Below, piece after piece: positions 27,089-37,615 of a stretch of 64,000 nt of DNA. How positions within the stretch are numbered: the stretch's first letter is position 1; each line of letters starts with the position of its first letter. The translations under genes and the position numbers were made by a program. Location of the stretch: assembly GCA_050013255.1 (NCBI GenBank), contig JBEKFP010000003.1:128001-192000 (forward strand), written 5' to 3'. The notes beneath the pieces are model-generated. The model was not told the DNA's origin. It saw nothing but the letters and a program-made list of their open reading frames with translations, and did not search any database. This stretch comes from Candidatus Bathyarchaeia archaeon (GTDB lineage Archaea; Thermoproteota; Bathyarchaeia; 40CM-2-53-6).

Positions 27089-27776
27089 TCCGCATTGACC
27101 TTTCTCGCAGTCTCTTGACAACCGCTGCACTGGTCAATTCGCGGAGAGCGTCTGAAGCGATCCACCGCGCGCCCTTAGAGTCCATTTTCTGAATCCTTTT
27201 GGCCGTTATTATCGCGGCGCGATTGAGTTCTAGGTTCCGCTTTCCAATCTGCCTTAAGGACCAGTTCATCGCCTTCCTTACGAAGTTTCTCTCATCAGCG
27301 GCTTCCCTCCTGACCGCCTTCAGAAACTTCAAGAACGTTGCATTTGGAGCTTCTTGGTCATGAACTGCTAACGTAGCCATTAGGGCAAATCCTGCCCTCT
27401 TGACGAACTCTTCCCGCCGTGAACTCCACTCATACGCCTTTTGGTATGCTACCTTGGTTTTGTCGAATAAGTTGCTGCAGCATTGGTCGCAAACGTCCCA
27501 CGAATCGAAATCCTTCACCCATTTTTGCATCTGGTTCTTCGTGACCTTGTCAGGCACATCGATCATCGAAGCAAGAATTCGTGCTTCGTGAATTCTAGAT
27601 TCCCAAAGTTCTAGAGCGAGCGAATGGCTCTTGCCCAGTTCCTTCGCCAATCCTCTGAGAACGGGAATAGATACTCCATAGGTATTCCTAGGGTTGATTC
27701 CAAACCGCGCCATGCCCTTGACTGCTTCGGGATTCGAGTGGGATTTTAGCCGCCTAAGTACCTCATTCGCTTCCAA
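27075..27776 (-). CDS. alkD: DNA alkylation repair protein (AlkD-like)
   Basis: DSWDVCD, EEFVKRAG, VRKA.NW.LRQIGKRN. Confidence 0.85.
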   Translation of the reverse strand: MEANEVLRRLKSHSNPEAVKGMARFGINPRNTYGVSIPVLRGLAKELGKSHSLALELWESRIHEARILASMIDVPDKVTKNQMQKWVKDFDSWDVCDQCCSNLFDKTKVAYQKAYEWSSRREEFVKRAGFALMATLAVHDQEAPNATFLKFLKAVRREAADERNFVRKAMNWSLRQIGKRNLELNRAAIITAKRIQKMDSKGARWIASDALRELTSAAVVKRLRERSMRIIST

Positions 27777-27872
27777 CTACAGCACATCAGTGATTGTTTG
27801 TCTTGGGGTCACGAGTAATTAGCCTTCAAGAATAGTCATATTTGAGAAACGGAAACTAATGTTAGAGTAGTT

Positions 27873-28541
27873 GTGGTGTGGTTGAAGTTATCAGCTAAAT
27901 CAACGAAAGTTACATCGGGTCATTGGGATTATCGACTACATACGGGGAGTTCGAATGTAGGCGTTGTTTTGATACACGAGATATTCGGCTTTGACGACTA
28001 TATGGACTCCGTCGCAGCCCGGCTTAGCCAGACGGGCACTTGGGTTGCGGCAGTTGACTTGTACCATGGGAAGTATGCCTCCAACCTTGACGAGGGGTTC
28101 AAACTCAGGTCGGCTTTGAAGGAGCAAGAAGCCTTGGATGCGTTAGGTTCAGGTCTTCAGCTGCTCCGAGAAAAGGTCGGCGGGAAGGCGAAGGTTGGGT
28201 CGATGGGCTTCTGTATGGGTGGTGGGATCGCCCTTCAAGGCGCCTGTAACTTGAACATGGCCTTTTGCGTGGACTATTATGGTATGATAGAGAATGTGGA
28301 GCAAGTAAACGGCGTTAAAGGCCCAATTCAACTTATGCTAGCTTCGGAGGACGAAAGGGTAACCCCTTGGGCGTACCAGCAGTTTCTTCCCGCCGCAACG
28401 AAATACAAGAAAAGGGTCGACGTGCACCTTTACCCCAATGCGCAACATGCCTTCCATCGGCCTAATTGGGAAGGGCATAACGCGGAAGCCGCGAAAGACG
28501 CGTGGGAGAAAACGGTTAGCTTTCTATCCCAATTTAAGTGA
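27873..28541 (+). CDS. Dienelactone hydrolase family protein
   Basis: HEIFG, GFCMGG, HAF. Confidence 0.9.
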   Translation: MVWLKLSAKSTKVTSGHWDYRLHTGSSNVGVVLIHEIFGFDDYMDSVAARLSQTGTWVAAVDLYHGKYASNLDEGFKLRSALKEQEALDALGSGLQLLREKVGGKAKVGSMGFCMGGGIALQGACNLNMAFCVDYYGMIENVEQVNGVKGPIQLMLASEDERVTPWAYQQFLPAATKYKKRVDVHLYPNAQHAFHRPNWEGHNAEAAKDAWEKTVSFLSQFK

Positions 28542-28657
28542 CGGAGCAAAGCTCCTGCCAAGCTTGGCGAGGAAAACCAAGCAAATGGGGGAGCGTTGAC
28601 CGCCTAGGCTCCTTGTTCTTGCGCGACTTGTCTGCTGAGAACCATGCTAGTTTCAAG

Positions 28658-29416
28658 CTATCTTCTCCGACCGAAAATTACTGTACCCACCGAGATCATG
28701 GCCACGTCGAATACGATTAGAGCGAGAACGTCATACTGCAAGGGAAGGATGGGAGTCCAAGCCCCTCGAAGAATTATAATTCTCAATGCATCAACACCAT
28801 AAGTTAGTGGGTCTATGACGCTTACCCAGCTTAGCCATTTGGGAAAATTCGCTAGCGGAAACAAGGCGCCGCTCAGAAAGAACAAGGGAAGATTGACGAA
28901 GGTCTGAATTACACCGAAACTCTCCAGACTCTCCATCAACGAGGCTAATGTTAGACCGATGCTCACCATTCCAAAAGTGATTAGCAGCATTATGGGTACT
29001 GAGAAAAGGAAAACGCCAACGCTGACGCGGATTGAGACAAGAAAACTGAAAACGAAGACAAAGCTTCCTTGTATCACGGCATCAGTACTACCACCCAACA
29101 TCTTACCTACGAAAACAGAAACCCTAGAGATTGGGGCCACTAGAATTTCCTTGAGAAACCCGAACTCTCTGTCCCAGATCACAGATATACCCATGAACAT
29201 TGAGGTAAAGAGCAAGGTTTGCCCAACGATTCCCGGGAAGATGAATTGCTGGTAGTTTACGCTCGTGACGCCTAACGAGGTAAGGCGCATTCCAGAACCG
29301 AAGATCACCAACCATAAGAGCGGTTGGATGAAGGAACTGATCAGCCTACTCTTCTCTCTCCCATAACGCTTGACCTCTCGCAGCCACAGCGTGTAAATGC
29401 CACGTAATTCACTCAT
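28658..29416 (-). CDS. ABC-2 permease
   Basis: DREFGFLKEILVAP, FLSGALFP. Confidence 0.9.
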   Translation of the reverse strand: MSELRGIYTLWLREVKRYGREKSRLISSFIQPLLWLVIFGSGMRLTSLGVTSVNYQQFIFPGIVGQTLLFTSMFMGISVIWDREFGFLKEILVAPISRVSVFVGKMLGGSTDAVIQGSFVFVFSFLVSIRVSVGVFLFSVPIMLLITFGMVSIGLTLASLMESLESFGVIQTFVNLPLFFLSGALFPLANFPKWLSWVSVIDPLTYGVDALRIIILRGAWTPILPLQYDVLALIVFDVAMISVGTVIFGRRR

Positions 29417-30420
29417 CGAATACTCCTTCTCTTGATGGCGGCCAACCCATGGTATTCCTCACCGCCTTCTGTACGAATCTCTCGTCCAGTAAAATGAAGG
29501 AAGACGTCCTCAAGCGTAGGCTGTCGAATGGACATAGACTCAATACGTATCCCTGACGCTGCGGCAATCTCTACAATTCGGGGAAGCGTCGCATTGCCGT
29601 TCTTCACAACTAACTTCAGCTTACCATTTATCTGTTTCAGGTCCTTTACCCATGTGATCTCATTTAGTTTCTCAGCAAGCTCTTTAGCAGCGCTTGTCCG
29701 AACCGAAATCACGTCGCCCTCCATTCCTTCCTTCAATCGCTTTGGTTCATCTAGCGCAATTATCCTCCCATAATCTATGATTGCAACTCGGTTGCACAGC
29801 TTGTCAGCCTCCTCCATATAGTGCGTCGTGAGAATCATCGTGATGTTTTCGCGTCTGCTCAGCTCTATGATGTAACTCCAGATGTGCTCCCGGGTTTGAG
29901 GGTCCAAGCCTATTGTTGGCTCATCAAGAAACAGAGCCTTCGGGTAATGGATGAGGCCTCTTGCTATTTCCAGCCGACGCCTCATCCCTCCGGAATATGT
30001 CCTCATCAGCAGGTCTGCTTTGTCCTCCAGTTCGACCAATCTCAAAACCTCGTTAATTCGCATCTTTTGCTCAGATCTAGGGACTCCGTAGAGGTTCGCA
30101 TGCATCTCCAAGTTCTCTCTTCCCGTGAGCCTATCGTCTATACTTGGTTCTTGGAAGACGATCCCTATGATTTGCCTTACTTGGGAAGGATGTTTCGCGA
30201 CATCAATCCCATTGACCAAGGCCACTCCGGAAGTCGGTTTCAGAATCGTACATAACATTGAGAGAGTTGTAGTCTTTCCCGCGCCGTTAGGTCCCAGTAA
30301 ACCAAATACTTCACCAGGTTGAACTGAAAAATTGAGCTTGTTGACCGCCACAAGGTTGCCGAAGTTCTTGGTCAAATCCCTAACTTCTATTACAGATTCC
30401 GATCTCATAGGCTTCATCAA
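29413..30420 (-). CDS. ABC ATPase (DrrA-like)
   Basis: GPNGAGKTT, YSGGM, LDEPT. Confidence 0.93.
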   Translation of the reverse strand: MMKPMRSESVIEVRDLTKNFGNLVAVNKLNFSVQPGEVFGLLGPNGAGKTTTLSMLCTILKPTSGVALVNGIDVAKHPSQVRQIIGIVFQEPSIDDRLTGRENLEMHANLYGVPRSEQKMRINEVLRLVELEDKADLLMRTYSGGMRRRLEIARGLIHYPKALFLDEPTIGLDPQTREHIWSYIIELSRRENITMILTTHYMEEADKLCNRVAIIDYGRIIALDEPKRLKEGMEGDVISVRTSAAKELAEKLNEITWVKDLKQINGKLKLVVKNGNATLPRIVEIAAASGIRIESMSIRQPTLEDVFLHFTGREIRTEGGEEYHGLAAIKRRSIR

Positions 30421-30563
30421 ACCTTTCTTGACCGTTTCTTGTTCTCCAACGGTAGCTCGCAGACGCCCTTACTCAAAATGATTCGTTTAGCTTGTCCCCA
30501 TAGATGAGAGGCATAGAGTAAGGTTTAGAAAGCCCTGAAAGTGCTGAGGGACGCTGAAGAAAA

Positions 30564-30836
30564 TTGGCTAAAAGCACAAAAAGTCTCCTAATGTACACCG
30601 GTATTGCAGCACTACTTCTAGGCATAATCACCTTCATTGTACCATACCTCGAGGACGCTGCGAACAGAATGATAAGGACGCCAGCCTGGTGGACGCACAA
30701 TAGCGGAGCTGTCGCTTGGTTCTGGGGTCCTGCAGATCCCACGATAGGGCTATTTGCACCATTCTGGGAGTTTTCGGTTGGCCTAATCATTGTCGGTCTA
30801 GTGCTATTCGGCATCTCCTTTGCAATCAAGGTGTAA
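30564..30836 (+). CDS. Small 2-TM membrane protein leading the ECF operon
   Basis: Two TM segments; 6 bp upstream of the next gene. Confidence 0.6.
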   Translation: MAKSTKSLLMYTGIAALLLGIITFIVPYLEDAANRMIRTPAWWTHNSGAVAWFWGPADPTIGLFAPFWEFSVGLIIVGLVLFGISFAIKV

Positions 30837-30842
30837 TTTGAT

Positions 30843-31628
30843 TTGGCAAGCTCAAAACCTAAGGGACGATTGTACATCTTCGGGACACCGATTGCTTGGA
30901 TTGCCGTCTATGGCGCTTTGATTGGGGTTACCTCACTTGTGCCAGTTCTACCCTACGCAGGGGGCGGAGGATTTTGGCCTCTGGCAACTCCACTCGCAGG
31001 TATTGCACCCCTAATCCTTGGTCCGGTCGGCGGAATAGTCGCGGCTGTAGTTGGAGGAATCATAGGCATGTTCATCGCCCCACCAGCATACCCGCTCGGA
31101 ATCATTGACGCAGTGTCTGTCGTCGTACTACCCGCCATCTTCGTCGGGTTAGCACTAAACATGAAGAAAGCCAAGTGGATATTTCTCGCTTGGCAGATCA
31201 TAATGAATGCAACTTTCTTCATCGTGCTATTCCTCTATCCCGGCGTTGTCGGTGGATGGCCCCCCATCTCGACGAGTTCATACGTCGTCGCGACCCTCTA
31301 CTACTGGCTACTCCCAATAGTCGTGCTATTATCACCAATAGGAACCAAATACATCTACAACTGGTCAAGAAGTGCTAACGCGAGACAGAGGTCAATCGGA
31401 ATATTCCTCGGATCCTGGATGGCAATGAACGCTTGGTTCGTATCTCCATCATACTGGATCTATTGGATCCTATTCGCGTTCCCGTCTCCGTTGCTCTACC
31501 TGATGGCCTGGGGAATCTACTCCTGGTACATGCCAGTCTTTGCAATACTGATAACGATAGTAACGGTGCCCATTACAGAAGCTCTAAGAAGAAGCGGAAT
31601 GGCGAAGCCCCCAGACGTTCTGTGGTAG
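30843..31628 (+). CDS. Putative ECF transporter S component
   Basis: Multi-TM with LGP..G..AA..GG.IG; precedes ecfA and ecfT. Confidence 0.7.
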   Translation: MASSKPKGRLYIFGTPIAWIAVYGALIGVTSLVPVLPYAGGGGFWPLATPLAGIAPLILGPVGGIVAAVVGGIIGMFIAPPAYPLGIIDAVSVVVLPAIFVGLALNMKKAKWIFLAWQIIMNATFFIVLFLYPGVVGGWPPISTSSYVVATLYYWLLPIVVLLSPIGTKYIYNWSRSANARQRSIGIFLGSWMAMNAWFVSPSYWIYWILFAFPSPLLYLMAWGIYSWYMPVFAILITIVTVPITEALRRSGMAKPPDVLW

Positions 31629-31687
31629 GCTGGCCATTCTGCCTTCCCCTTTTCCTCTTTTCTTGTTAAGTTATCAGAGGCTGTTGC

Positions 31688-33412
31688 GTGGTGCAAGAAA
31701 TGGATGACTTAATCGTAGATGTTCAGAATCTTTCCTTCGCATACCCAGACGGCGGGAAGGCGCTAAAGAATATCACTTTCAAGGTCAGCAAGGGTCAAAT
31801 CGTTGCCGTTTTAGGCGCTAATGGCGCGGGCAAGACTACACTGTGCCACCACTTGACTGGTATAATCCCAAACATCTACCAAGGCACAACTGAAGGCAAG
31901 GCAATCGTTGCCGGTATGAATGTTTACGATCACCCGGTCTATGAACTAGCACAGAAGATCAGTTTTGTTACACAAGATCCGGAAGGGCAACTCATCAACC
32001 CAGATGTCTTAATGGAAGTCGCTTTCGGCCCTGAGAATCTAGGCATACCAAGAGAGGAAATCATGCGAAGAGCCAAGTGGGCTCTGGAAGCAGTTGGCCT
32101 AGAAGGACTCGAGTCACGTTCGCCAGCTGAACTATCAGGCGGGCAGAAACAGAGACTCGTGCTCGCGGCCGGCCTAAGTATGGAGCCGGAGTTACTAATT
32201 CTCGACGAACCGACCTCCCAACTTGATCCGATTGGAACGGCTGAAGTTCTCAACTCTCTAATTGACCTCAAAACGAGGTACAACATGACCACTATCTTCA
32301 CAACTCATGCGTCGGAAGAGGTTCTGAGGGTTGCGGATAGAGTCATTGTCCTGAGCAAAGGGGAAATTGTGGCGGAAGGAACTCCCAGAGAAGTATACAG
32401 CAAGGTGAAATTGCTTGACTCAGTCGGCGTTCAGGTTCCGCAGATAGCAATGCTCGGGTATAAGCTAGCGCCGGAAATGCCAGTTCCCATGTCCATCGAA
32501 GAGGGAAAGAAACTCATAATCGACATTCTACATGAAAAACACCGTGCTCCAAAGTTCCCTCCACAAGTAGCCACAAAGATGTCGAGCGGTGAAGTATTAC
32601 TCGAGTGCGTTGACCTATCGTTTACATATCCTGGTGTGCAACCTGTAACTGCTCTGCGAAATGTTAACCTCAAAGTCCATCGTGGAGAAATGATAGGAGT
32701 AATCGGACAAAACGGGTCCGGAAAGACGACGCTCGTGAAACAGTTTCTTAAGTTGCTGAAGCCGGCCAAAGGGAAGGTTTTGTTCAAAGGTAAGGATGTT
32801 CAAGCTTTCACGACGGGAGAACTCTCCACCTCGATAGGTCTGGCGTTGCAGAACCCTGATGAGCAACTGTTCACCATCTCGTGCAAGAATGAAGTTGAAT
32901 TTGGGCTTCGCAACCTCAAGCTCGCGGAAGACGAAATAAAGCGGAGGGTTGATGAAGCGCTAGGGTTCGTTGGCCTTCAAGATCAATGGGACACATTCCC
33001 GTTCAGGTTGAGTTTTGGGGACCGAAGGAGCTTAACCGTGGCCGCGGTAGTTGCGATGCGGCCTGAAATAATCGTGATGGATGAACCTACTACCGCTCAA
33101 GATTACCTGGGTAGACACCGAATCGCAAGGCTTGGAAAGAAACTGAACGAGGCCGGGCATACGGTCATAATGATAACGCACGACATGAGCTTAGTGACTC
33201 AATACGCTGACAGGACCATTGTGATGGCTAACGGTGAAGTGCTCTTAGACGGGCCCACCGCCAAGGTCTTCTCCGAGTTTGATACACTCAAGAAAGCTTT
33301 CATTAAGCCTCCTCCAATCGCGATTGTCGATAGGGAACTTGAATCCGAAGGCCTTCCGCAGGGTATCCTAACAGTGGACGCAATGGTGGATGCATTGACG
33401 GGGGCCTCTTAA
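31688..33412 (+). CDS. ecfA: Fused double ECF ATPase
   Basis: Two Walker A motifs; QDPE/QNPD Q-loops; EVAFG.ENL. Confidence 0.9.
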   Translation: MVQEMDDLIVDVQNLSFAYPDGGKALKNITFKVSKGQIVAVLGANGAGKTTLCHHLTGIIPNIYQGTTEGKAIVAGMNVYDHPVYELAQKISFVTQDPEGQLINPDVLMEVAFGPENLGIPREEIMRRAKWALEAVGLEGLESRSPAELSGGQKQRLVLAAGLSMEPELLILDEPTSQLDPIGTAEVLNSLIDLKTRYNMTTIFTTHASEEVLRVADRVIVLSKGEIVAEGTPREVYSKVKLLDSVGVQVPQIAMLGYKLAPEMPVPMSIEEGKKLIIDILHEKHRAPKFPPQVATKMSSGEVLLECVDLSFTYPGVQPVTALRNVNLKVHRGEMIGVIGQNGSGKTTLVKQFLKLLKPAKGKVLFKGKDVQAFTTGELSTSIGLALQNPDEQLFTISCKNEVEFGLRNLKLAEDEIKRRVDEALGFVGLQDQWDTFPFRLSFGDRRSLTVAAVVAMRPEIIVMDEPTTAQDYLGRHRIARLGKKLNEAGHTVIMITHDMSLVTQYADRTIVMANGEVLLDGPTAKVFSEFDTLKKAFIKPPPIAIVDRELESEGLPQGILTVDAMVDALTGAS

Positions 33413-34234
33413 TTGGCGAGCATAGAGTACGTTCGGAAGAATACCCCGATTCACAATTTGCAAGCGATTACCAAAATGTTCTTGGTGCTAGCAAGCTTCG
33501 CCGTTAGTTTCTTCGCCTTGGACTTTGCCCTGATTGGCGTTTGGCTCATTTTTCTACTGGGATGGTGGGTTCTGGGTGGAATCGAGATAAAGCGTGTTGC
33601 AGTAATCCTGAAAATCCTTCTCGGAACCTACATTTTCTTCGTCATCCTGCAAGGGTTCACGTATAGGTTTGGGAGTACCGTCCTCTTCCAGCTCGGAGTA
33701 CTAATGGTTGGAAACCGAAACTACGCCGCCTACACACTGGAAGGTTTCCTCTTCGGAACACTCGTCTTCATGAGAGTCCTCGCAGTCGTGTTCACACTTC
33801 CGATTCTAACCATGACAACCCCAATGACCAAGATAGCGGCGACGTTGGGAAAGATGAAGGTTCCATACCAGTTCACAATGATCTTCGTAACCGGAGTCCG
33901 ATTCGTCCCACTGGTCTTCCAGACGTGGACTGGGATTATTCAGGCGCAGAAACTGAGAGGGCGGGACATAGACAAGATGCCCTTCTATCGGAAAGCCGGA
34001 GTCTACACGAGCGTGATAACGCCATTGCTACTCTACCTCCTCAAACTCTCGCAGACCCTCCAAACTGCACTTGAATGCAGAGCTTTCGGCTCCCCTGCTG
34101 TACGTTCCTACGTTGAGGAAGCTAAGCTGAGGGTGGGTGATTATGTAGCAATCATCTCGATATTGATTATCACCGGCGCATTAGTTGCAATGAAGGCAAC
34201 AGGTTACTCATTCACGCCTCATTTGTTCCTCTGA
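33413..34234 (+). CDS. ecfT: ECF transmembrane T component
   Basis: RFVP, AQKLRG and LECRAF motifs. Confidence 0.88.
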   Translation: MASIEYVRKNTPIHNLQAITKMFLVLASFAVSFFALDFALIGVWLIFLLGWWVLGGIEIKRVAVILKILLGTYIFFVILQGFTYRFGSTVLFQLGVLMVGNRNYAAYTLEGFLFGTLVFMRVLAVVFTLPILTMTTPMTKIAATLGKMKVPYQFTMIFVTGVRFVPLVFQTWTGIIQAQKLRGRDIDKMPFYRKAGVYTSVITPLLLYLLKLSQTLQTALECRAFGSPAVRSYVEEAKLRVGDYVAIISILIITGALVAMKATGYSFTPHLFL

Positions 34235-34334
34235 TCAACATGATGTCACGCACGCCACCTGATTATCACGGAGAGAATTTGGAGAAAGGCCTTTCTTAGC
34301 GCTGAATCCACGCATGCGCCGATTGTGAGTCCTC

Positions 34335-35675
34335 TTGGTTTCGAGTGCGGTTACTGAAGAGAAGAGTCGCCTAGCCAAATCGCCTTCTTATGAGGACCTC
34401 GTTAAGCGTCGCAATAAGATGCTGGCTCCAATCTTCTCGCAAGATTGGCCAAACCTCCCCGTCGTCAAGGCTCAGGGACTGTACCTTTACGGGTTGGATG
34501 GTAAACGGTACATGGATTTCATGGCAGCCTTTGGAGTGGTAAATGTCGGGCACAACCACCCAAGGGTGGTTACGGCTGCACGAGAGCAGATGGAAAGGCA
34601 AATCCACGGGGCGGTCGGAGTCACACTTCATGAATCCGTTCTTCGGCTTGCCTACATGTTGCCTGAGATTCTTCCCGGCAATTTGGACATGTTCTTCTTT
34701 GGAAATAGCGGTTCAGAGGCTGTTGAGGGAGCAATCAAGCTTGCACGCAATGTTACCAGAAGACCCGGAATCATCGCTTTCATGGGAGCGTTCCACGGCC
34801 GCACATATGGCGCTGCATCTTTGACTGCTTCAAAAGCAATCTACAGGACAGGACTCGACCCCTTCCTTCCCAGCATCTACCACGTCCCTTACGCTGACCC
34901 TTACCACTCTTCACATCCGGACAACCCAACACTGTGCGTCGAAGAGTCGTTAGCTGAGCTCCAGATACTCCTCAAACGGATCATCGCTCCATCACAAGTT
35001 GCAGCGGTAATCGTTGAACCGATTCAAGGCGAGGGCGGCTATATTGTTCCGCCCAAAGAATTTCTGAAACGCCTCCGTGAGATATGCACGAGCAATGGGC
35101 TGCTCCTGATATTCGACGAAGTTCAGTCGGGTTTCGGTAGAACTGGCGAATGGTTCGCTGCCCAAGCATTCGATATCACGCCGGATGTTATGGCGATTGC
35201 GAAAGGCATAGCCTCAGGCTTTCCATTGGGGGCAGTATGTGCCCGAAGTGAGCTCATGAGCCGGTGGGAGCCCACAGTTCATGGCACGACTTTTGGTGGC
35301 AACCCCGTATCATGTGCCGCGGCCGTCGCCACAATAGACACAATCAGAGATGAAGGGCTCCTACAAAATGCGAAGAAAAGCGGCGAGTATCTACTTAGCC
35401 GATTGAAGGAGCTGAAGGCGAAGCACAAGATGATTGGAGATGCACGTGGGCTTGGATTAATGACAGCTATCGAATTCATTGTCCCAGGTACAGATAGGGA
35501 ACCGAACAGTGCCGCGGCGAAGAAGTTCCTCAACGAATGCCTCTCAAAAGGGTTGCTGATGTACCCTTGCGGACTTTACGGCCACGTAGTCCGCCTAGCA
35601 CCACCCCTCAATGTCACTCGCCAACAGATCGATGAAGCCATGAGCATTGCAGATCAAAGCCTGAGCGTCGTTTAA
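34335..35675 (+). CDS. Class III aminotransferase (GabT-like)
   Basis: NSGSEAVE, FHGRT, EPIQGEGG, DEVQSGFGRTG, AKG. Confidence 0.9.
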   Translation: MVSSAVTEEKSRLAKSPSYEDLVKRRNKMLAPIFSQDWPNLPVVKAQGLYLYGLDGKRYMDFMAAFGVVNVGHNHPRVVTAAREQMERQIHGAVGVTLHESVLRLAYMLPEILPGNLDMFFFGNSGSEAVEGAIKLARNVTRRPGIIAFMGAFHGRTYGAASLTASKAIYRTGLDPFLPSIYHVPYADPYHSSHPDNPTLCVEESLAELQILLKRIIAPSQVAAVIVEPIQGEGGYIVPPKEFLKRLREICTSNGLLLIFDEVQSGFGRTGEWFAAQAFDITPDVMAIAKGIASGFPLGAVCARSELMSRWEPTVHGTTFGGNPVSCAAAVATIDTIRDEGLLQNAKKSGEYLLSRLKELKAKHKMIGDARGLGLMTAIEFIVPGTDREPNSAAAKKFLNECLSKGLLMYPCGLYGHVVRLAPPLNVTRQQIDEAMSIADQSLSVV

Positions 35676-35770
35676 CAGAACAATCCCGGAATCATGTTTT
35701 GCGGGTACCCGCTGCATAGGCCAAAACAAGTATAGCATACGAACATTCGAGACTTGCATTAAGTGGGAAA

Positions 35771-36691
35771 ATGGACGTTAGCGTTCACCAAGTTGTATGC
35801 GATAACTTGACCAAGGTGTACGGCAAGAGTGAAACGAAGGCCCTCGACTCCGTAACCTTCTCTCTGCCTTCTCGTGGCATCTTCGTGCTGATTGGGAGGA
35901 ACGGTTCTGGAAAGACCACGCTCGTGCGAATCTTGGCCACGCAGCTCGAACCAACGTCCGGAAAAGCGACGATAAACGGGATCGATGTCGTAAAGGAGGC
36001 TCGAATGCTGAGAGAAAAAATTGCGATCGTTCCTCAAGAAGCTAGACCAATACCTTGGATGACACCCATACAGACGGTGTTCTCGTACCTTCTCTGGAGG
36101 GGGTTCGATTACGGTGAAGCTAAGCGGCGGGCGTACCAGGCACTTGAAAGGCTAGGGCTAGCTCAATCATCCAATGTCTTGAATCGCTCGCTTTCTGGCG
36201 GAATGAAAAGAAAAGTCATGGTGGCTACGGTCCTCTCGTCGGAGGCAGAAGTGATTTTCTTAGACGAACCAACGACGGGACTCGACCCGATTTCACGGAG
36301 AGAGTTTTGGGGAACGCTACGAGAAATCGGAAACCAACGCCTCACGTTTCTTACAACACACTATCTCGAAGAAGCAGAACAGCTCGCCGACCAGATCGGG
36401 ATACTTGACCGAGGTCGTCTAATCCGCATAGGCACCTTGGAAGAATTGCGCCAAAGCGTTAACTACAATTACAGCATGAGGCTCCTCGAAAATCCCGCGC
36501 CCCATCTACCAGCCGTGGAAAAGGGAGAAGTAGTCACCGGATCGGACGGCAGTATCAGAATCCTCACAGTTGAAGATGAGGCCTTTAGGATCTCAAGCGA
36601 GCTTGCGAAACACGGCTTCAAGTTCACGATCAATCCTGTTTCACTTGATGACATATTCTTTTACCTTGCGAGCCAGAAGGGGGACAACTGA
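35771..36691 (+). CDS. ABC ATPase
   Basis: GRNGSGKTT, LSGG, LDEPT. Confidence 0.9.
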   Translation: MDVSVHQVVCDNLTKVYGKSETKALDSVTFSLPSRGIFVLIGRNGSGKTTLVRILATQLEPTSGKATINGIDVVKEARMLREKIAIVPQEARPIPWMTPIQTVFSYLLWRGFDYGEAKRRAYQALERLGLAQSSNVLNRSLSGGMKRKVMVATVLSSEAEVIFLDEPTTGLDPISRREFWGTLREIGNQRLTFLTTHYLEEAEQLADQIGILDRGRLIRIGTLEELRQSVNYNYSMRLLENPAPHLPAVEKGEVVTGSDGSIRILTVEDEAFRISSELAKHGFKFTINPVSLDDIFFYLASQKGDN

Positions 36692-36692
36692 A

Positions 36693-37457
36693 ATGTCCGA
36701 TAGTATTGCTGTGAGGAAGAGGAATAAGTTCAGCCAGTTTCTCGCGGCCATACTCGTCAATTCCGTTTACGAAATGAAGAACTATCCGATCGTTCTGATC
36801 AACACTGTTCTTTCTCCTCTCTCGTTTCTCCTTCTGATTGTTTTCGTGAGTCACGGTAGCCTGATAGGGGAAGCCGTTGAGGGCGGGTTCATCATGAGCA
36901 TGTTCTCAGCGGGCGTTTCGCTCCAAGGGGACCTCTCACATCTGAAAAATGATTTCAAGCTGCAAGATATGGTGGTCAGTTCCCCAACCTCATGGCAGAC
37001 TTACATGTTTGGGATGGCGATTTCAGAAATTGTTTACTCTGTCCCAGCTCTGCTCGTGCTCTGCGTACTTGCATATTACTTTACGAATTTGAGCCCAATA
37101 GGGACCCTGGCGTTTATCGGCGTACTTCTCTTGATGTTTCTCACTTCGGTTGCGATTGGTTTCACCCTTTCAACCTTCTCGTCCGACATCGTTCAAAGCT
37201 TTGCCTTCTCAAGACTCATCTCAACTCTTTTCTCAACGATACCGCCGGTTTACTATCCGATAACTTACATTCCGGTTCCATACAGGTACCTCGCATATCT
37301 CTCACCAACTACCTACGCAGCAGAACTGGCCCAGAGTTTTGCTGGATATCTAACCCTGTCACCATCAACTGCCGCCCTTAACTGGGGGATTCTGGTGGCT
37401 GTGGCTTCAACTCTATTCCTCGTAGCGAAGAGCAAAGCGAGATGGAGAGAAATCTAA
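36693..37457 (+). CDS. ABC-2 permease
   Basis: Six TM segments, PVYYP..; start moved to ATG 36693. Confidence 0.85.
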   Translation: MSDSIAVRKRNKFSQFLAAILVNSVYEMKNYPIVLINTVLSPLSFLLLIVFVSHGSLIGEAVEGGFIMSMFSAGVSLQGDLSHLKNDFKLQDMVVSSPTSWQTYMFGMAISEIVYSVPALLVLCVLAYYFTNLSPIGTLAFIGVLLLMFLTSVAIGFTLSTFSSDIVQSFAFSRLISTLFSTIPPVYYPITYIPVPYRYLAYLSPTTYAAELAQSFAGYLTLSPSTAALNWGILVAVASTLFLVAKSKARWREI

Positions 37458-37615
37458 TGATTTACAGTGTGGTTCTCAATGTCGAGCCCTTGAAGGAGCC
37501 GACGAGCCGACGCGTCACGATGGGAACAGAATATCATCGGAGATACTCTGCGAGGTCCTTGTGATTCAATGCCTATGTATTTGTGGGCTTTGGGGTTGGT
37601 GGGATCTCATGATGA

